63,239 bases of DNA from Octopus bimaculoides (lineage: Eukaryota): assembly GCF_001194135.2 (NCBI RefSeq), contig NC_068991.1, positions 6,557,561-6,620,799 on the forward strand, written 5' to 3'. How positions within the stretch are numbered: position 1 is the stretch's first letter; the number at the start of each line of letters is the position of its first letter. The notes beneath the pieces are model-generated. The model saw only the letters and a list, made by a program, of their open reading frames with translations. It was not told where the DNA came from and searched no databases. A program made the position numbers and the translations under genes. Shown here piece after piece: positions 24,330-37,251 of this stretch.

Positions 24330-27300
24330 CTCTCCCACCACTTGACAACTGGTGTTGGTGTATTATCTAATGAACCCATTTATGTAAAACCAGCTGGTTT
24401 TACATAAATGCTTGACTGAAACCAAACAATCCCTCACATTAAATATAACCAACACAGACGTTGCTATCAAAAGAACACATTCTGTTTCTTTTTCCTTTGG
24501 TCAAACCAGAATAATTGTCTTTAACCATCCTTTCCTCTCTACCCCATTCTTATGAATATCAACTTTCTTCTTCTGCTTCTAATAAAATCATTTCTTACTG
24601 GTATCACACCAACAAGTCCAGTTTAACCTTTTGATAAATAAAAATCGATAAAATATGTAAGCAACAGAAACGATTGACTAAAAACTCTTGAGGATTATGC
24701 TCCAGCATGGCCAGAATCTAATAACTGAAACCAGAAGAAGAAATATTTATATGAAGACATGCAGGTTGCCACAAGAGCATGCAAAATGCATAGTTGGAAT
24801 TTGTATATATATTTCAAGGTATGCGAGTATGTATGGCTTACAAACTGCTTATCACTGATGTAGCTTAAATTTCTTGAACTTATGCTGACTTTGAACTTAT
24901 GCTGTGTCATATGACAGCCACAACACAACAGTTCATCATATGATGACATACTATAGAGATATACCTTATTAGATTATTTAACATATTAAAGAAAGATAAC
25001 AAGGAACGTGTAAGTTATTTTAACAAGATAGCTGCATACAGCATTACGAGAGGGAGATGCTAACTTTTGTTCTGTAGGCATGGCCGTGTGATTAGAAGGT
25101 TACTTCTCAACTGCATGGTTCCGGGTTCAGTCTCACTGCATGGCACTTTGGGTAAGTGTCTTCATTTCGCCCGGCGTGCTAACGTTTCTGCCAGCTCACC
25201 ACCTTCCAGTTTTTGTCAAGCAAATCCACTCACAAGTCTTTGGTCAGCCTGGAGCCATAGTAGAAAAACACTTGCATAAAGTGCTGCACAGAGGGATTGA
25301 ACTTGAAACCACATAGCTAGGAAGCAAGCTTCTTAAACCACACAGCCAGGCTAGCACTTATTCTTTATTATATAAAGCTTGCTAGATTTATTCATTTAGA
25401 CAAGATAATGCTAATCCCTTTTACATACTGCACAATTTACAAAGTATTGTCTCTTAATCCTCCCATTATACAGATGCCATATTTTATAATGAGATTCTTA
25501 AGTTTTCAATATGAGACTTAATGTTCAACTAATCCTCTTCCAGCGCCAATTGAACATAATTGATGCCAAATAAGGACACTGAAACACTTGTGTTCTAACT
25601 ACAAAACAAAGAAATTTTCACTTTGTCTTTTACTTGTTTCAGTCATTGGAGTGTGGCCATGCTGGGGCACCACTTTAAAGGAGTCAAACAAACTGACCCC
25701 AGAACTTATTGTTTGCAGAGTATGTGGTACTTGTTCTATTGGCCTCTTTCATCAAACCATTAAATTTTGTGGATGTAAACAAACAAACACTGGTTGTCAA
25801 GCAGTGGTGGCGTGGGAGCAGGGTGGGTGTTTAGCAAACACAGACACAAAATCCAGCAGATTCAAACGTGACAAAACACTAATTGCTGTTGTGTCTTGCT
25901 GTGTTCGTAACATTCGATATCATTAACGCAAGGGACAAGGCTGGCCCCTTTGACTTACTGGTGCAATGTGAAATAAAGCGTCTTGCTCAAGGACACACTG
26001 CACTGCTGGGAATTGAACTCATGACCTCATGATCATGAGCCAAACACTCTAACCCCTAAGCCATGTGCCTTCACCAGAATTATTAGCACATTGGATAGAA
26101 TAGTTAGGTTAAGTTAAGCCTTTTGCTCTTTACGGAGCATAGGCCATCAATGACTTTTCTCTTGATTCTGGGCCGTCTTCTCCTCTTGTTGGCTTTGAAT
26201 TGTCATTGATGCTTTTTTCTAGGTAGGGCTGTTGGCTCTATGCAAACCTATTTTTACCTGTGGGAAGAGGTGGTCTCTAATATAAATGGTACACATAACA
26301 ACAAAGAAGCAAGTACTAACCACTTCAGATAGTGTCAGTTTGCAAAGTTAGCAAATATTACTGCTACGGCTATGTAAACCATTAATTTCATTAACATGTC
26401 CTACTACTACTACTACTACTACATGAATTACCAATACGTATCTACACCTACCATTATTACAATGCATATCTACTACTGCTGCTGCTATTACACAGGTTAT
26501 CATCCTGGCGCATAAGTACCATAAACCAACAAGGCAGTTTCTACTTTCACTCAGTACGCTAGACATAGCAGCTAGATTCCTCTTAAACCCACGCCTTACT
26601 TTCTTAAAATGAGAAGGATAACATTAGATAATGTGGAGTCCTGGACTGGATACACTGCCTGAACATAAGATGAGATGGCCACGACTAAATCATGTTTTGA
26701 TCACAGGTCTGCTTGGTCAGAACTGACTGGGGGCTAAACAAATGTAGCAACCACTACTACTACCACCACCACCACCACATAATGTTCATATCTTGTACTG
26801 CTACTGCTACTACTACTACCTCTACTAGAGCTGCTGCTGCTGTGACCACCACCATCCAACAAAGAAAACTCTATGTGCCAACTCGTCCTGTTAGAAATAG
26901 CAGCCAAATCTCTTTCAACTCAAATGATTATCTTTAAAAAAAGAATGCATTCTTTATCATCATTGAGAAAAACACAAATTCTCTTGTGCTAAGTGTTCAG
27001 AATCCCAGAGTCCATAACTCTTCAAAACAGTAGTTTAACCCTTTCAATACCAACCCGACTGAAACCACCTCTGGCTTTGTAGTACAAATGTCTTGTTTTC
27101 AAAAGCTCTAAATTAAAATCTCCCACCAGACCTTAGTCACAATTCATGTTCCTAACACTAGCTTAATGATAACTAAGTTATTTTACTAAATTCTTTGTTA
27201 TATTTAAAATTAACTGAATGAAACACAGAGCATCTCAACAGAAATATGGTGATACCAACTGGTGTAAGAATGCCTCCACCTAGTTCTTTGACATTTGGGT

Positions 27301-28597
27301 CCAGTAGAGTAAAATAGCAATGAAAGGGGTCCATAGATAAAAAAAATGGTTGAGAACCACTGGAGTCCAACCAATGTATCTCATTACCTCCATATAAGTA
27401 GGCTATAAGCATGTGTGGTACACCAAATCTGTCTGTTGCCTCACATTGTCTTTTATCATAAGGACTAGGCACACACTTCCATTGTATGTACCTAGTTCTC
27501 TATCCAGGTTGACAGAAACGACACCATTCCATGTGTTGGCCAGAGCCTCTTTCAATAGTTATTTTGGCAAGATAGATATGTTACTTTCCTCCTTGACTGT
27601 TTCTAGGCATATTCCTTGAACAAGAAGATACTAACTTTTGCAACATATTTCTCTCACGTTTTTAAGCTTTAGTTTTTTTAGCCAGTTTATGTCCAGTGGT
27701 TCTTTTTTGGCTAATGACACTGGTAAAGTTATGATGAAAATTCTTGTGTGTCAAAGTACAGATATCCGTTCTTGAATACATGTCTATCTGTATAAGTGTT
27801 TATTTTTCTGCATAAAAAATGAATATGTAATGTTCTTTGTACCACATCCTGCCAAACAGGGCATTAGGTTCCTCACCTCTCTATGTAATGGGTCGACAAA
27901 AACACAACATAAAAAGCATCCACTTTAGAAAGTGATCCAATATCTTTTTTTTTGTGAAATTCATAAGCTTGTAAAAGACATGTCTATCACAGGCAACTCG
28001 AAGCTAATAACAATAGTAATAATAATAATATATAACTGTAGCAATAATCTAATTTGAATGTCTAATAAAAAATATGCAATTATACATACAAACATGCACA
28101 AGTAAAACAAAGAACTAATAAAAACAATACGGTGAGAGAGAAAGGGCAGAGTGGATATTTCCCTCTAAATTTTCTGGAGGATGTGAAAAATGACAGAAAA
28201 AAAAAGGGACTGAAAAAGGAAATGCAAGCATTCATATCAGCAAGAAGATTGACATTAAAATTTAGGTGTTGCATTCCAGAAAAGTATCAAAAACTAGGAA
28301 TAAAAAAAAAAAAAGAAGAAAACTGCATTAAGGTGTACATTGTCAAAATATTGTTAATCCTTACATAAAAAATCTGGGAAAGTATCAGGAAATCACCTAC
28401 CGGATATCTCTGGAATAAATAAATGTTAAAAGAACCATATGAAAATAAGAGAGAGAATGAAAGACACAGGGAGATGGAATACAAACGTGAAAATGGTTTT
28501 GTTTTTCTTAATAAAAAAAAAAAGCAGGGAGCTTTTTAATAGATACATCAATTCCACTGTATAACTACTTAACAGAATGGTAATTATACAGTACTGT

Positions 28598-28800
28598 TAT
28601 TTGATAGAACAACTATCCCACAAAGCAGCTATTTGGCAGAACAAATATCCCACAAAACAGCAATTTGATAGAACTATCCCACAAAACAGCAATTTGATAG
28701 AACTATCCCACAAAACAGCAATTTGATAGAACTATCCCACAAAACAGCAGTTTGATAGAACTATCCCACAAAACAGCAGTTTGATAGAACTATCCCACAA
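28598..28800 (+). repeat. 29-bp minisatellite, ~7 copies (aacagcaatttgatagaactatcccacaa)
   Basis: Period 29 (acaaaacag at 28652, 28681, 28710, 28739, 28768); left-most copies degenerate. Confidence 0.92.
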
Positions 28801-29454
28801 AGGCGGCGAGCTGGCAGAAATGTTAGCATGCCGGGCGAAATACTTAGCGGTATTTCATCCCAATTATGTGTGTGTGTGCATTTATATGTATCCTTGTCTT
28901 GGCATCACGTGATGTTTGCAAACGAGCATTACTATCCTACAAGTGATGTTGCTTGTCTGGCTATTGGGGAAATATTACCTTATTTGGAAACAGGTGAGGG
29001 TTGGTGACAGAAAGGGCATCCAGCTGTTGGAAATCTATCTCAACAAATTCCGTCTGACCCATACAAGCATGGAAAAGTAGACTTTAAATGATGTTGATGT
29101 AAAACAGTTGTCTTTAGAGAAAAGAAAAATTTTAAATAGAAAAAAGTGAAATATGAACTCCTTGTATTCTCTGCCTTTCTTTCTGACAATTCTTATTACG
29201 TATCATGGTTGGTTTACATCAATCACCAACTACGGAGTACGCTAAGGGGGAACAACTCGCTTGGGTTTATTGGGTATCATTACATAGCAACAGAAACGAG
29301 ATGACTGGATGCAGTGGCAGGATGCTAACGATTTGGCACGGCCGACTGGACATTCAGCGTGTTATTGGTGATAGTACTTTGTGGTGCCAGAGAGAGAGAC
29401 AAACACATACAGACAGAAAAAGCGAGAGAGAGATATACAAATTTATTAATTGAA

Positions 29455-29787
29455 CACGGTGGCTGTGTGGTATGAAGCTTGCTTCCCAACCATATGGTTC
29501 CGGGTTCAGTCCCACTGCGTGGCACCTTGGGCGAGTTGTCTTCTACTATAGCCTCGGGCCGACCAAGGCCTTGTGACTGAATTTGGTAGACGGAAACTGA
29601 AAGAAGCCCGTCGTGTATATATATGTGTGTGTGTGTGTGTGTTTCTGTCTGTCCCACCACCATCACTTGACAACCGATGTTGGTGTGTTTACGTCCCCGT
29701 AACTTAGCGGTTCGGCAAAAGAGACCGATAGGATAGGCACTAGGCTTACAAAGAATAAGTCCAGAGGTCAATTTGTTTGACTAAAGG
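29455..29787 (+). mobile_element. SINE family B copy, truncated by assembly gap
   Basis: High similarity to 7339-7765 throughout. Confidence 0.85.
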
Positions 29788-30564
29788 NNNNNNNNNNNNN
29801 NNNNNNNNNNNNNNNNNNNNNNNNNNNNNNNNNNNNNNNNNNNNNNNNNNNNNNNNNNNNNNNNNNNNNNNNNNNNNNNNNNNNNNNNNNNNNNNNNNNN
29901 NNNNNNNNNNNNNNNNNNNNNNNNNNNNNNNNNNNNNNNNNNNNNNNNNNNNNNNNNNNNNNNNNNNNNNNNNNNNNNNNNNNNNNNNNNNNNNNNNNNN
30001 NNNNNNNNNNNNNNNNNNNNNNNNNNNNNNNNNNNNNNNNNNNNNNNNNNNNNNNNNNNNNNNNNNNNNNNNNNNNNNNNNNNNNNNNNNNNNNNNNNNN
30101 NNNNNNNNNNNNNNNNNNNNNNNNNNNNNNNNNNNNNNNNNNNNNNNNNNNNNNNNNNNNNNNNNNNNNNNNNNNNNNNNNNNNNNNNNNNNNNNNNNNN
30201 NNNNNNNNNNNNNNNNNNNNNNNNNNNNNNNNNNNNNNNNNNNNNNNNNNNNNNNNNNNNNNNNNNNNNNNNNNNNNNNNNNNNNNNNNNNNNNNNNNNN
30301 NNNNNNNNNNNNNNNNNNNNNNNNNNNNNNNNNNNNNNNNNNNNNNNNNNNNNNNNNAGTAATTCTGTGAACGCGTTCAAATAGAATTAACTTAGTCTTT
30401 CATTATTCAAGACGAGAGGGGACTGAACCTTTTGTACAAGCAACACAGTTTAGAACAAATAAAACTATATACTGAAAAAAACCAAAAAAAAAACCAAAGG
30501 AATTTATATATTGTGGCCTATTGATATATAAATCTAAACTACAGAAAATTATTACTGTATTACT

Positions 30565-30922
30565 TGAGTATTATGGCACTCGGTCGGTTACGACGACGAG
30601 GGTTCCAGTTGATCCGATCAACGGAACAGCTTGCTCGTGAAATAACGTGCAAGTGGCTGAGCACTCCACAGACTCGTTTACCCTTAACGTAGTTCTCGGA
30701 GAGATTCAGTGTGACAAGGCTGGCCCTTTGAAATACAGGTACAACAGAAAGTAAGAGTGAGAGAAAGTGTACAGCAGGGTTCACCACCATCCCCTGCCGG
30801 AGCCTCGTGGAGCTTTAGGTGTTTTCGCTCAATAAACACTCACAACGCCCGGTCTGGGAATCGAAACCGCGATCCCATGACCGCGAGTCCGCTGCCCTAA
30901 CCACTGGGCCATTGCGCCTCCA
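30565..30922 (-). mobile_element. tRNA-derived SINE family C, apparently intact
   Basis: Minus-strand head ggcgcaatggcccagtggttagggcagcggac…ggtttcgattccc with A-box TGGCCCAGTGG (30911-30901) and B-box GGTTTCGATTCC (30868-30857), followed by ~290 nt of non-tRNA body. Confidence 0.85.
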
Positions 30923-30929
30923 CTAAGGA

Positions 30930-31197
30930 GCACTCTGTTGGTTACTATCAACCTGCTGGTGAAATTAACGTGCAAACGACTGATCAATCCACAGACACGT
31001 GTACCCCTAACGTAGTTCCTAGGGAGATTCAGTGCGACACAGAGTGTGACAAGACTGTCCCTTTGAAATAGAGGTACTACTCATTTTTGCCAGCTGAGTG
31101 GACTGGAGCAACGTGAAATAAAGTGTCTTGCTCAAGGACACAACGCGTTGCCGGGAATTGAACTCACGACCTTACGATCGTGAGCCTTCACGCCTAC
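30930..31197 (-). mobile_element. tRNA-derived SINE family D
   Basis: B-box gagttcaattccc, central ttgtgtccttgagcaagacactttatttcac domain (also near 25970, 46960 and 52220); 3' part homologous to family C. Confidence 0.75.
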
Positions 31198-33857
31198 ATG
31201 GTAAACAGAGCCTATTAGAACATGTTCTCCTATTCAACTTGTATGCAAACAAGATGAAGAGTTATATATATCTGTGCAGCCTATAAATTACAAAATTTGT
31301 TTGTACCCTTAACTGACCCCTGATATTGAATCTGCCTTCCACTCATTAGTTGGGCTGGAGATTCTCTCCAAATTTGAACTCAAAGGGCCATTGGATATCA
31401 ATAAATTCAAATGAATAATTTGAAAACCACCCGTCCCTTTGTCATTCTTTCATATCCCTCAATACTATATCCAACTCAGTTCAAGAAGTCTTGTCTTGTG
31501 AGTACTTGGTGACCTCACTAGTGTTGGTGCCACGACAAAGAAACAAAGAAACAGTACATTCAGTAAAGTGGTTGTCATTAAGAAAAACATCTGGCAGCAA
31601 AAACCATGCCGTAGCAGAACATATTTCACATCAGTACGTGGTATTTGTCAACAGGCATGGTTGTGTGGTTAACAAGTTTGCTTCTTAACCACGAGTCTTG
31701 GTGTTCAGTCCCATGGTGTGACACCTTGGACAAGAGTCTTTTACTATAAACCTGGGTTGACCCAAACCTTGTGAATGGATTTGGTACAGAAACTGAAAGA
31801 AGCCTGTCATGCGTGCATGTATGTATGTATGTATGTATGTATGTATGTATGCACGTATGTCATTATTCAATTTTATTTCAAGATATCTTGCCAATGGAGA
31901 AAGGCTCCGCCATTGAAATTTCAACATCATCAACAAGGTATTTTTGTTTGCATTATATGCATGCAGATTTGTATGTTTTGCTCCACGTATGCACTCTCAT
32001 GCATACAGCCGCATATCTAGACATGCTCATGTATATCTAAATGATAAACTTGTATGTATGTATGTATGTATGTATTATGTATGTATGTATGTATGTACGT
32101 ACGTATGTATGTATGTATAGGGGACACCCTTGTCTTGACATCGTGTCATGATTGTAAACAAGCTGGTGATTAGCAACTGTAGTTTCATCGAAGCGAAAGT
32201 GACAGGGTAATCCACCAAATGCTATCCTTTACACACGCACACACATATAAAGACAGGCATTTTCTTCATAGCTTTCATATAATATTTCGAAAATACATTC
32301 AAGCAGCAAATATTTCAAAAGCAAAGCAGGTTCGGATTAACAACTGAATGACCGGAAACATGTAACTCAAAAGTATTGCAATTACGAGTCTTTCAGTTGG
32401 TTATAATGCATTAAAGACTACTCTACGCTTATGTATTGACTATTGTAATTTATCGCTTCTTAGTCAATCAATAGATATATAACCAAGTGCAAATGGTTTG
32501 CATTTGCAACAGCCTACTGAGTTGACTTGGAGGAACCACACCAATGTAATCTCTCGTAGTACTACACGAAAACCAATTCTTCAGCAGTGTCCCACATTCT
32601 AACAGAATTACGGGACTCTTTGATGATGGTAATAGGTTAGCGAATGACAGCTGTCTCGTGAATCAATATTATCTTATTAATGAATTATTGGCAAATGGGG
32701 GCTACATTATCCCGAGCACGGCAATAAGAACTCCCCTCCACACACATCCTGAGTAAAAAGCATCATCTGACAATTTTTTATGGAGTCAATATTCATTTGA
32801 TTATAGGACATTTTCTGCAGAAAGAAAACAAAAATTACAGTAAACGAATAAGCCAACTATAATCTTCACATTCTTGCTGTGTCAGCTTCCGTAGCTGATA
32901 ATACCTGATCGAAGCTAATGATTATTGTATCAAAACAAAGAGGGATAACAGCTGGAAACAGATGTCTACTTCATTCTCACACTACAACAAACATTCTCTT
33001 TCGGTTTCTCTTTCTAAATGCACAGTGTTAATAGAATGCAGTCGATAAAAATTAAGTCTGATATGTATAAGACACCCCCTACATCTAACTGGGGGGAAAT
33101 AGCAGGCGAATCTCCCTTAGATCACACCCTTACTGCCTTATAGAAAGATACAAAGTAGTTCTACATAACTCTGAATAGACGGGCTAGTCATGCCTGGAAT
33201 GCCTTTAATCATAGGTCTGGTTAAACAACAAAGAATAAATATAATAAAACCTTGATTAAATCCATAATATTTACGTATGACAACCACGGCTGGCATCCGT
33301 CTCCAACATAAAGAAACTACAAGAAATCCTCCGAAATTCTGAAATAAACCATCCTAAATCAATACATCTGCATGAATTATTTCGTTCATGCATAATTTAT
33401 ATCCATATTTGTTTAATTTTCTGATGTCTTTGTAAAACTGTGTTTATAATGAATAGGTTAATAAACCATATATATATATATATATATGGTTTATATATGG
33501 TTTATTAACCTATTCTTTTGTATATATATATATATATATATATATAATTTGCATATTATTGGAACTACTTATAACTTTTGTAGACATAGCTACATCATAC
33601 AGCATTATATATGCTTCCTTCTTATTTTAGAGGGTTTCACTGATCAGATATTTTAAAGGAGAAAACGAAACTTCGATAATAAAAATTAATAAAAAAAAAC
33701 CCTTATACAATGGGATGTTTACTATGGAGAGAACATATTGTTGTTTTGTGAGGAGGGGATCCTCTTTCAAAAGAGATATGTTAGAAGGAAGTTGATGGAT
33801 TGGCAACTATGTTGTGAAGGGGAGATATTTCGTTTAATAATAGAAGATTAATATTAT

Positions 33858-33890
<33 letters not shown>

Positions 33891-35169
33891 NNNNNNNNNN
33901 TTATTATTATTATATATATTTATACATATATATATATGTAAACACACACACACACATGTATGGAAAGAGGGTGTGTGAGTGAGAAGCTGCGCTCAGCGTA
34001 TGATAATATCGTAAAATAAATAAATAATGAGGTCCCACCTTTCGTTATCTGCAAGATTTTTCTCCCGCAATGATTTGTCTATCCGTTCGATATGTGTTCG
34101 ACATGCCTTAATTCCTTTCTCGACAGCTTCGATCTGAAGAATGATGAAAGATTATAGATTATAGATCATATCAAATCGCCCCAAACATAATAAATACGCT
34201 AATATATATTATAAATGGGGGTTTGAAAAAAAAGCCGTACTTGCCTGACCAAAGATGCTAGGCATATTGATGACATAACACGTGTCATGCACTGAAAGTC
34301 GACTTCCGTTATTAAAACTAATTAAAATATTAAATTTCCCACTGTTTTCACAAGAATATCTTTAATTATTCTTTTCTATATTTTTAATTAATTATGGAGA
34401 TTCGATATCAATATTTAAATCAATTAAAGTCATATATGTAATACGCTTGATTATTCAATTTATTTCTCACGCGCGTACTGATTCACGCATAATCAGTCTG
34501 TTGTATGAGGGGGAAAAAAAACGGGAACCTAAATTCTGGTAAACATGCAATCAAATATAAATAATATATGATAGATTTTGAGTCGATTTTGACGGTGATT
34601 ATCCCAGCAGTTCGATGACAGAATTACATAGTTATTGTATCATAGTATAAGTGGTTGTGTATTCCACAGACACTTGTATTCTTAATGTAATATTTAGGTA
34701 TTAATAGAATCATGTGACAGGATTCCCCAGAGTTTCCGTTCAGCCGTATTTGCTTGCGAGGCCTAGGTCGACTCGAGTCTTTAGCAGGAGGCATTTGCAC
34801 AAAGTGCCGCGTGAAGGGACCGAATTCTAGGCCTCGAAATTATAAAGTAAACTTCTTAATCATTTACATTAATTGACATTCTACTACACATCCGTACATG
34901 TCATCAACGCCAGAATCATCGGTTTCCGTGTAAGCATAGTTTAGATAGATCTGAAATACAGCATTTTCCTGTGCTAATTTAATTCTCGAGTCTCGACGTT
35001 TCTTAACCTAATTCAACCACTTCTCAACTCTTCCTTGGTCTACCACCCAACAACATGTATCATTCATGCGCACCAAACATCCACTGCAATGTAGTCGTTC
35101 CTCCCACTTTACATCAGCAGCTCATATCTAAATCGTAGCATACCTATACAAGTGTGCCTTCCACCCGAC

Positions 35170-35747
35170 TTTGTTTCCTCATAACTTTTAGAAAAATGGA
35201 TATTTTTCAATGAAATTTGTCAGAAATATTTTTCAGATGGTGTAGATTCCGATTTTATCAAAATTTGTTATGAAGAATTTTTTCTATGAGTGGAGAGAGG
35301 AGTTTCTAAAAATTCACACGAGTCGGGTTTGTTTCCTCATAACTTTAATAAAAATGAGTATTTTTTAATGAAATTTTCTACAAATACTTTTCAGAGTGTG
35401 TAGATTACGCTTATATCAGAATTTAATGTGCAAAAAATATTTTTAAAAAAGCGGGCACGCACACTCCACAATTCTTCGAAATTTCAAGTTTCATTAGATA
35501 CACAAGTGTCAGTAATCGCAATCTACACACTCTGAATTATATTTGTAGAAAATTTCATAAAAAAATAAAAAAAAAAAATACCAGTTTTTCTTAACGTTAC
35601 AAGGAAACAAAGCTGACTCTTGTCAATATATTGAAACTCTTCTCCCCACCCCTGGAAAAAAGATTTTCACAAGAAATTCCAATATAATCGTAATCTACAC
35701 CACCTGAAGCGTATTTGTAGAAAATGTCATTAAAAAATATCCATTTT
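35170..35747. repeat. ~580-bp fold-back element built from a 158-bp unit
   Basis: tttgtttcctcataac at 35170 and 35328 (direct); the left arm, including its linker, is mirrored at 35510-35747. Confidence 0.75.
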
Positions 35748-35960
35748 CCTTTCTACTATAGGCACAAGGCCTGAAATTTTGGGGGAGGGGGATAGTAGAT
35801 TACACTGAGCCCAGTACTCAACCGGTATTTATTTTATTGACTCTGAAAGGATGAAAAGCAAAGTCAATCTTTGTGGAATTTGAACTCAGAACATAAAGAC
35901 AAACCGAATGCTGCTAAGCGTTTCAGTTAGTGTGCTACCGATTCTGCCAGCTCACTGCCT
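35748..35960 (-). mobile_element. SINE family A copy interrupting the fold-back element
   Basis: Reverse-complement match to the family A consensus. Confidence 0.8.
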
Positions 35961-36692
35961 TCCCATTACTGTTAATATCACAATGAAATATGGCCATTTG
36001 AGTTAAGGAAGTGGCCTTTATGCTGTCACTTGAACTGCTAGATATAGCAGTTAAATCTCCCTCAAATGATGCTATATTGGCTTAAGACATGTTAGAAATA
36101 TGATCCTGGGCTTCCCTGCTGATAAGAGGTCATGACTGGAATGTCTCTGAGGTGTTCAATTAAGGCTGACTTGGAGCTGAATAACAACCAAATAACCAAG
36201 GTCCTTTTTTCTATTTATTTACTGATCATCATCATCATCATCTTTATTTAAAATCCATTTTCCTTGCTTGCATGGGTCAGATGGAATTTATTGAGGCAGA
36301 TTTTCTATGACCAGATACCTTTCTTGTGACCAACCATTCCCTGTTAACAAGCAAGGTGATACTTCTTCATGGCCAGAAATGATTTTTATGGAAGACAGGA
36401 AACCAGCAACATCACTTTTATGATGGTGATGTACACTTACAACCATCATCTGATGTCAAGACCAGGGTTCACACAATTACACACACATATGATGGGCTTC
36501 TTTCAGTTTCCATCTACCAAATCCACACAAGACTTTAGTTGGCCTGGCGTTATAGTAGGGCTGAATTCAAGATGTGAAGCAAGCTTTTGGTTTAAGTTTA
36601 AACATTATAAGGCAGTGATAGTGAAAAACATGTAAAACTTCCAAAAAATGTAGTAAAAAAAATAAAGAATCAAAACAGAACAATTGCAAACA

Positions 36693-36838
36693 TTAATCCT
36701 CATTATGTTTTATTTGTGACAGGTAACGTTCATTTTTTATGTGAGTCTTTTTACGTTTTTTCTTTAAATATGTTTCCACTTTGCCTTTCTCTTTTAATTC
36801 TCGATACTTTTGAGCAATCTGTAGTAATTTCTTGTCAG
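36693..36838 (-). CDS. RRP36: RRP36 exon 9, terminal (SDKKLLQIAQKYRELKEKGKVETYLKKKRKK…HNED*)
   Basis: ttttattcag acceptor, phase 1, 146 nt to TAA. Matches the RRP36 C-terminal K..ELK…LE.FL..KR.. pattern. Confidence 0.88.
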
Positions 36839-37133
36839 CTGAATAAAAATGAAAAGAGAAAACAAATTAAAAACATTATAATTAAACAAAGACATTAGCA
36901 TTATTCATTTCTAACTGAACATTTATGGCAGATGTCTTTCTCTAAAGACCATAGCACTCTCTGGAACATAGGCACCATCGGGGGTCGATAAATTAAATAC
37001 CAGTTGCATACTGGGGTCGATCTAATCGACTTGCCCCCCCCCCTCCCTGCCAAATTTTAGGCCTTGAGCCTAGAGTAGAAAAGAATATAATGAATATAAA
37101 GCAAAATCAGTAAATTAACAAAAATAAACTTAC

Positions 37134-37251
37134 ATTTCTTTAAGAAGTATTGTTTCTTTCCTTGAGTAACTAAACCTTTCTCTTTTTTTTGCCACGTTTT
37201 CTCTAAGTCTTTAGATTTAGAAATCTGATCAGAGGCCAATTTTTGTTGCTC
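37134..37251 (-). CDS. RRP36: RRP36 exon 8 (EQQKLASDQ…QGKKQYFLKK)
   Basis: ttttcgcag acceptor, GTAAGT donor, 118 nt, phase 0 to 1; conserved G..PYFLKKS-like motif. Confidence 0.88.

Noticed and set aside
27173-27800. Protein-looking frames such as RYIQWKCVPSPYDKRQCEATDRFG and a GGAG|GTAATG donor
   Set aside because: In-frame stops, no pyrimidine-rich acceptor and no recognisable family; more likely a decayed retroelement, unassigned.
28132-28368. GQSGYFPLNFLE, resembling the end of an SH3 domain
   Set aside because: No upstream SH3 residues, no acceptor, a stop shortly upstream and lysine-rich low-complexity context; judged chance.
28598-28800. 29-bp repeats as a CRISPR array
   Set aside because: The repeats are contiguous with no unique spacers, in eukaryotic intron-containing context.
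30850-30922. tRNA gene
   Set aside because: A- and B-boxes are present, but there is no complete acceptor-stem pairing and the sequence continues into a SINE body; recorded as a SINE head.
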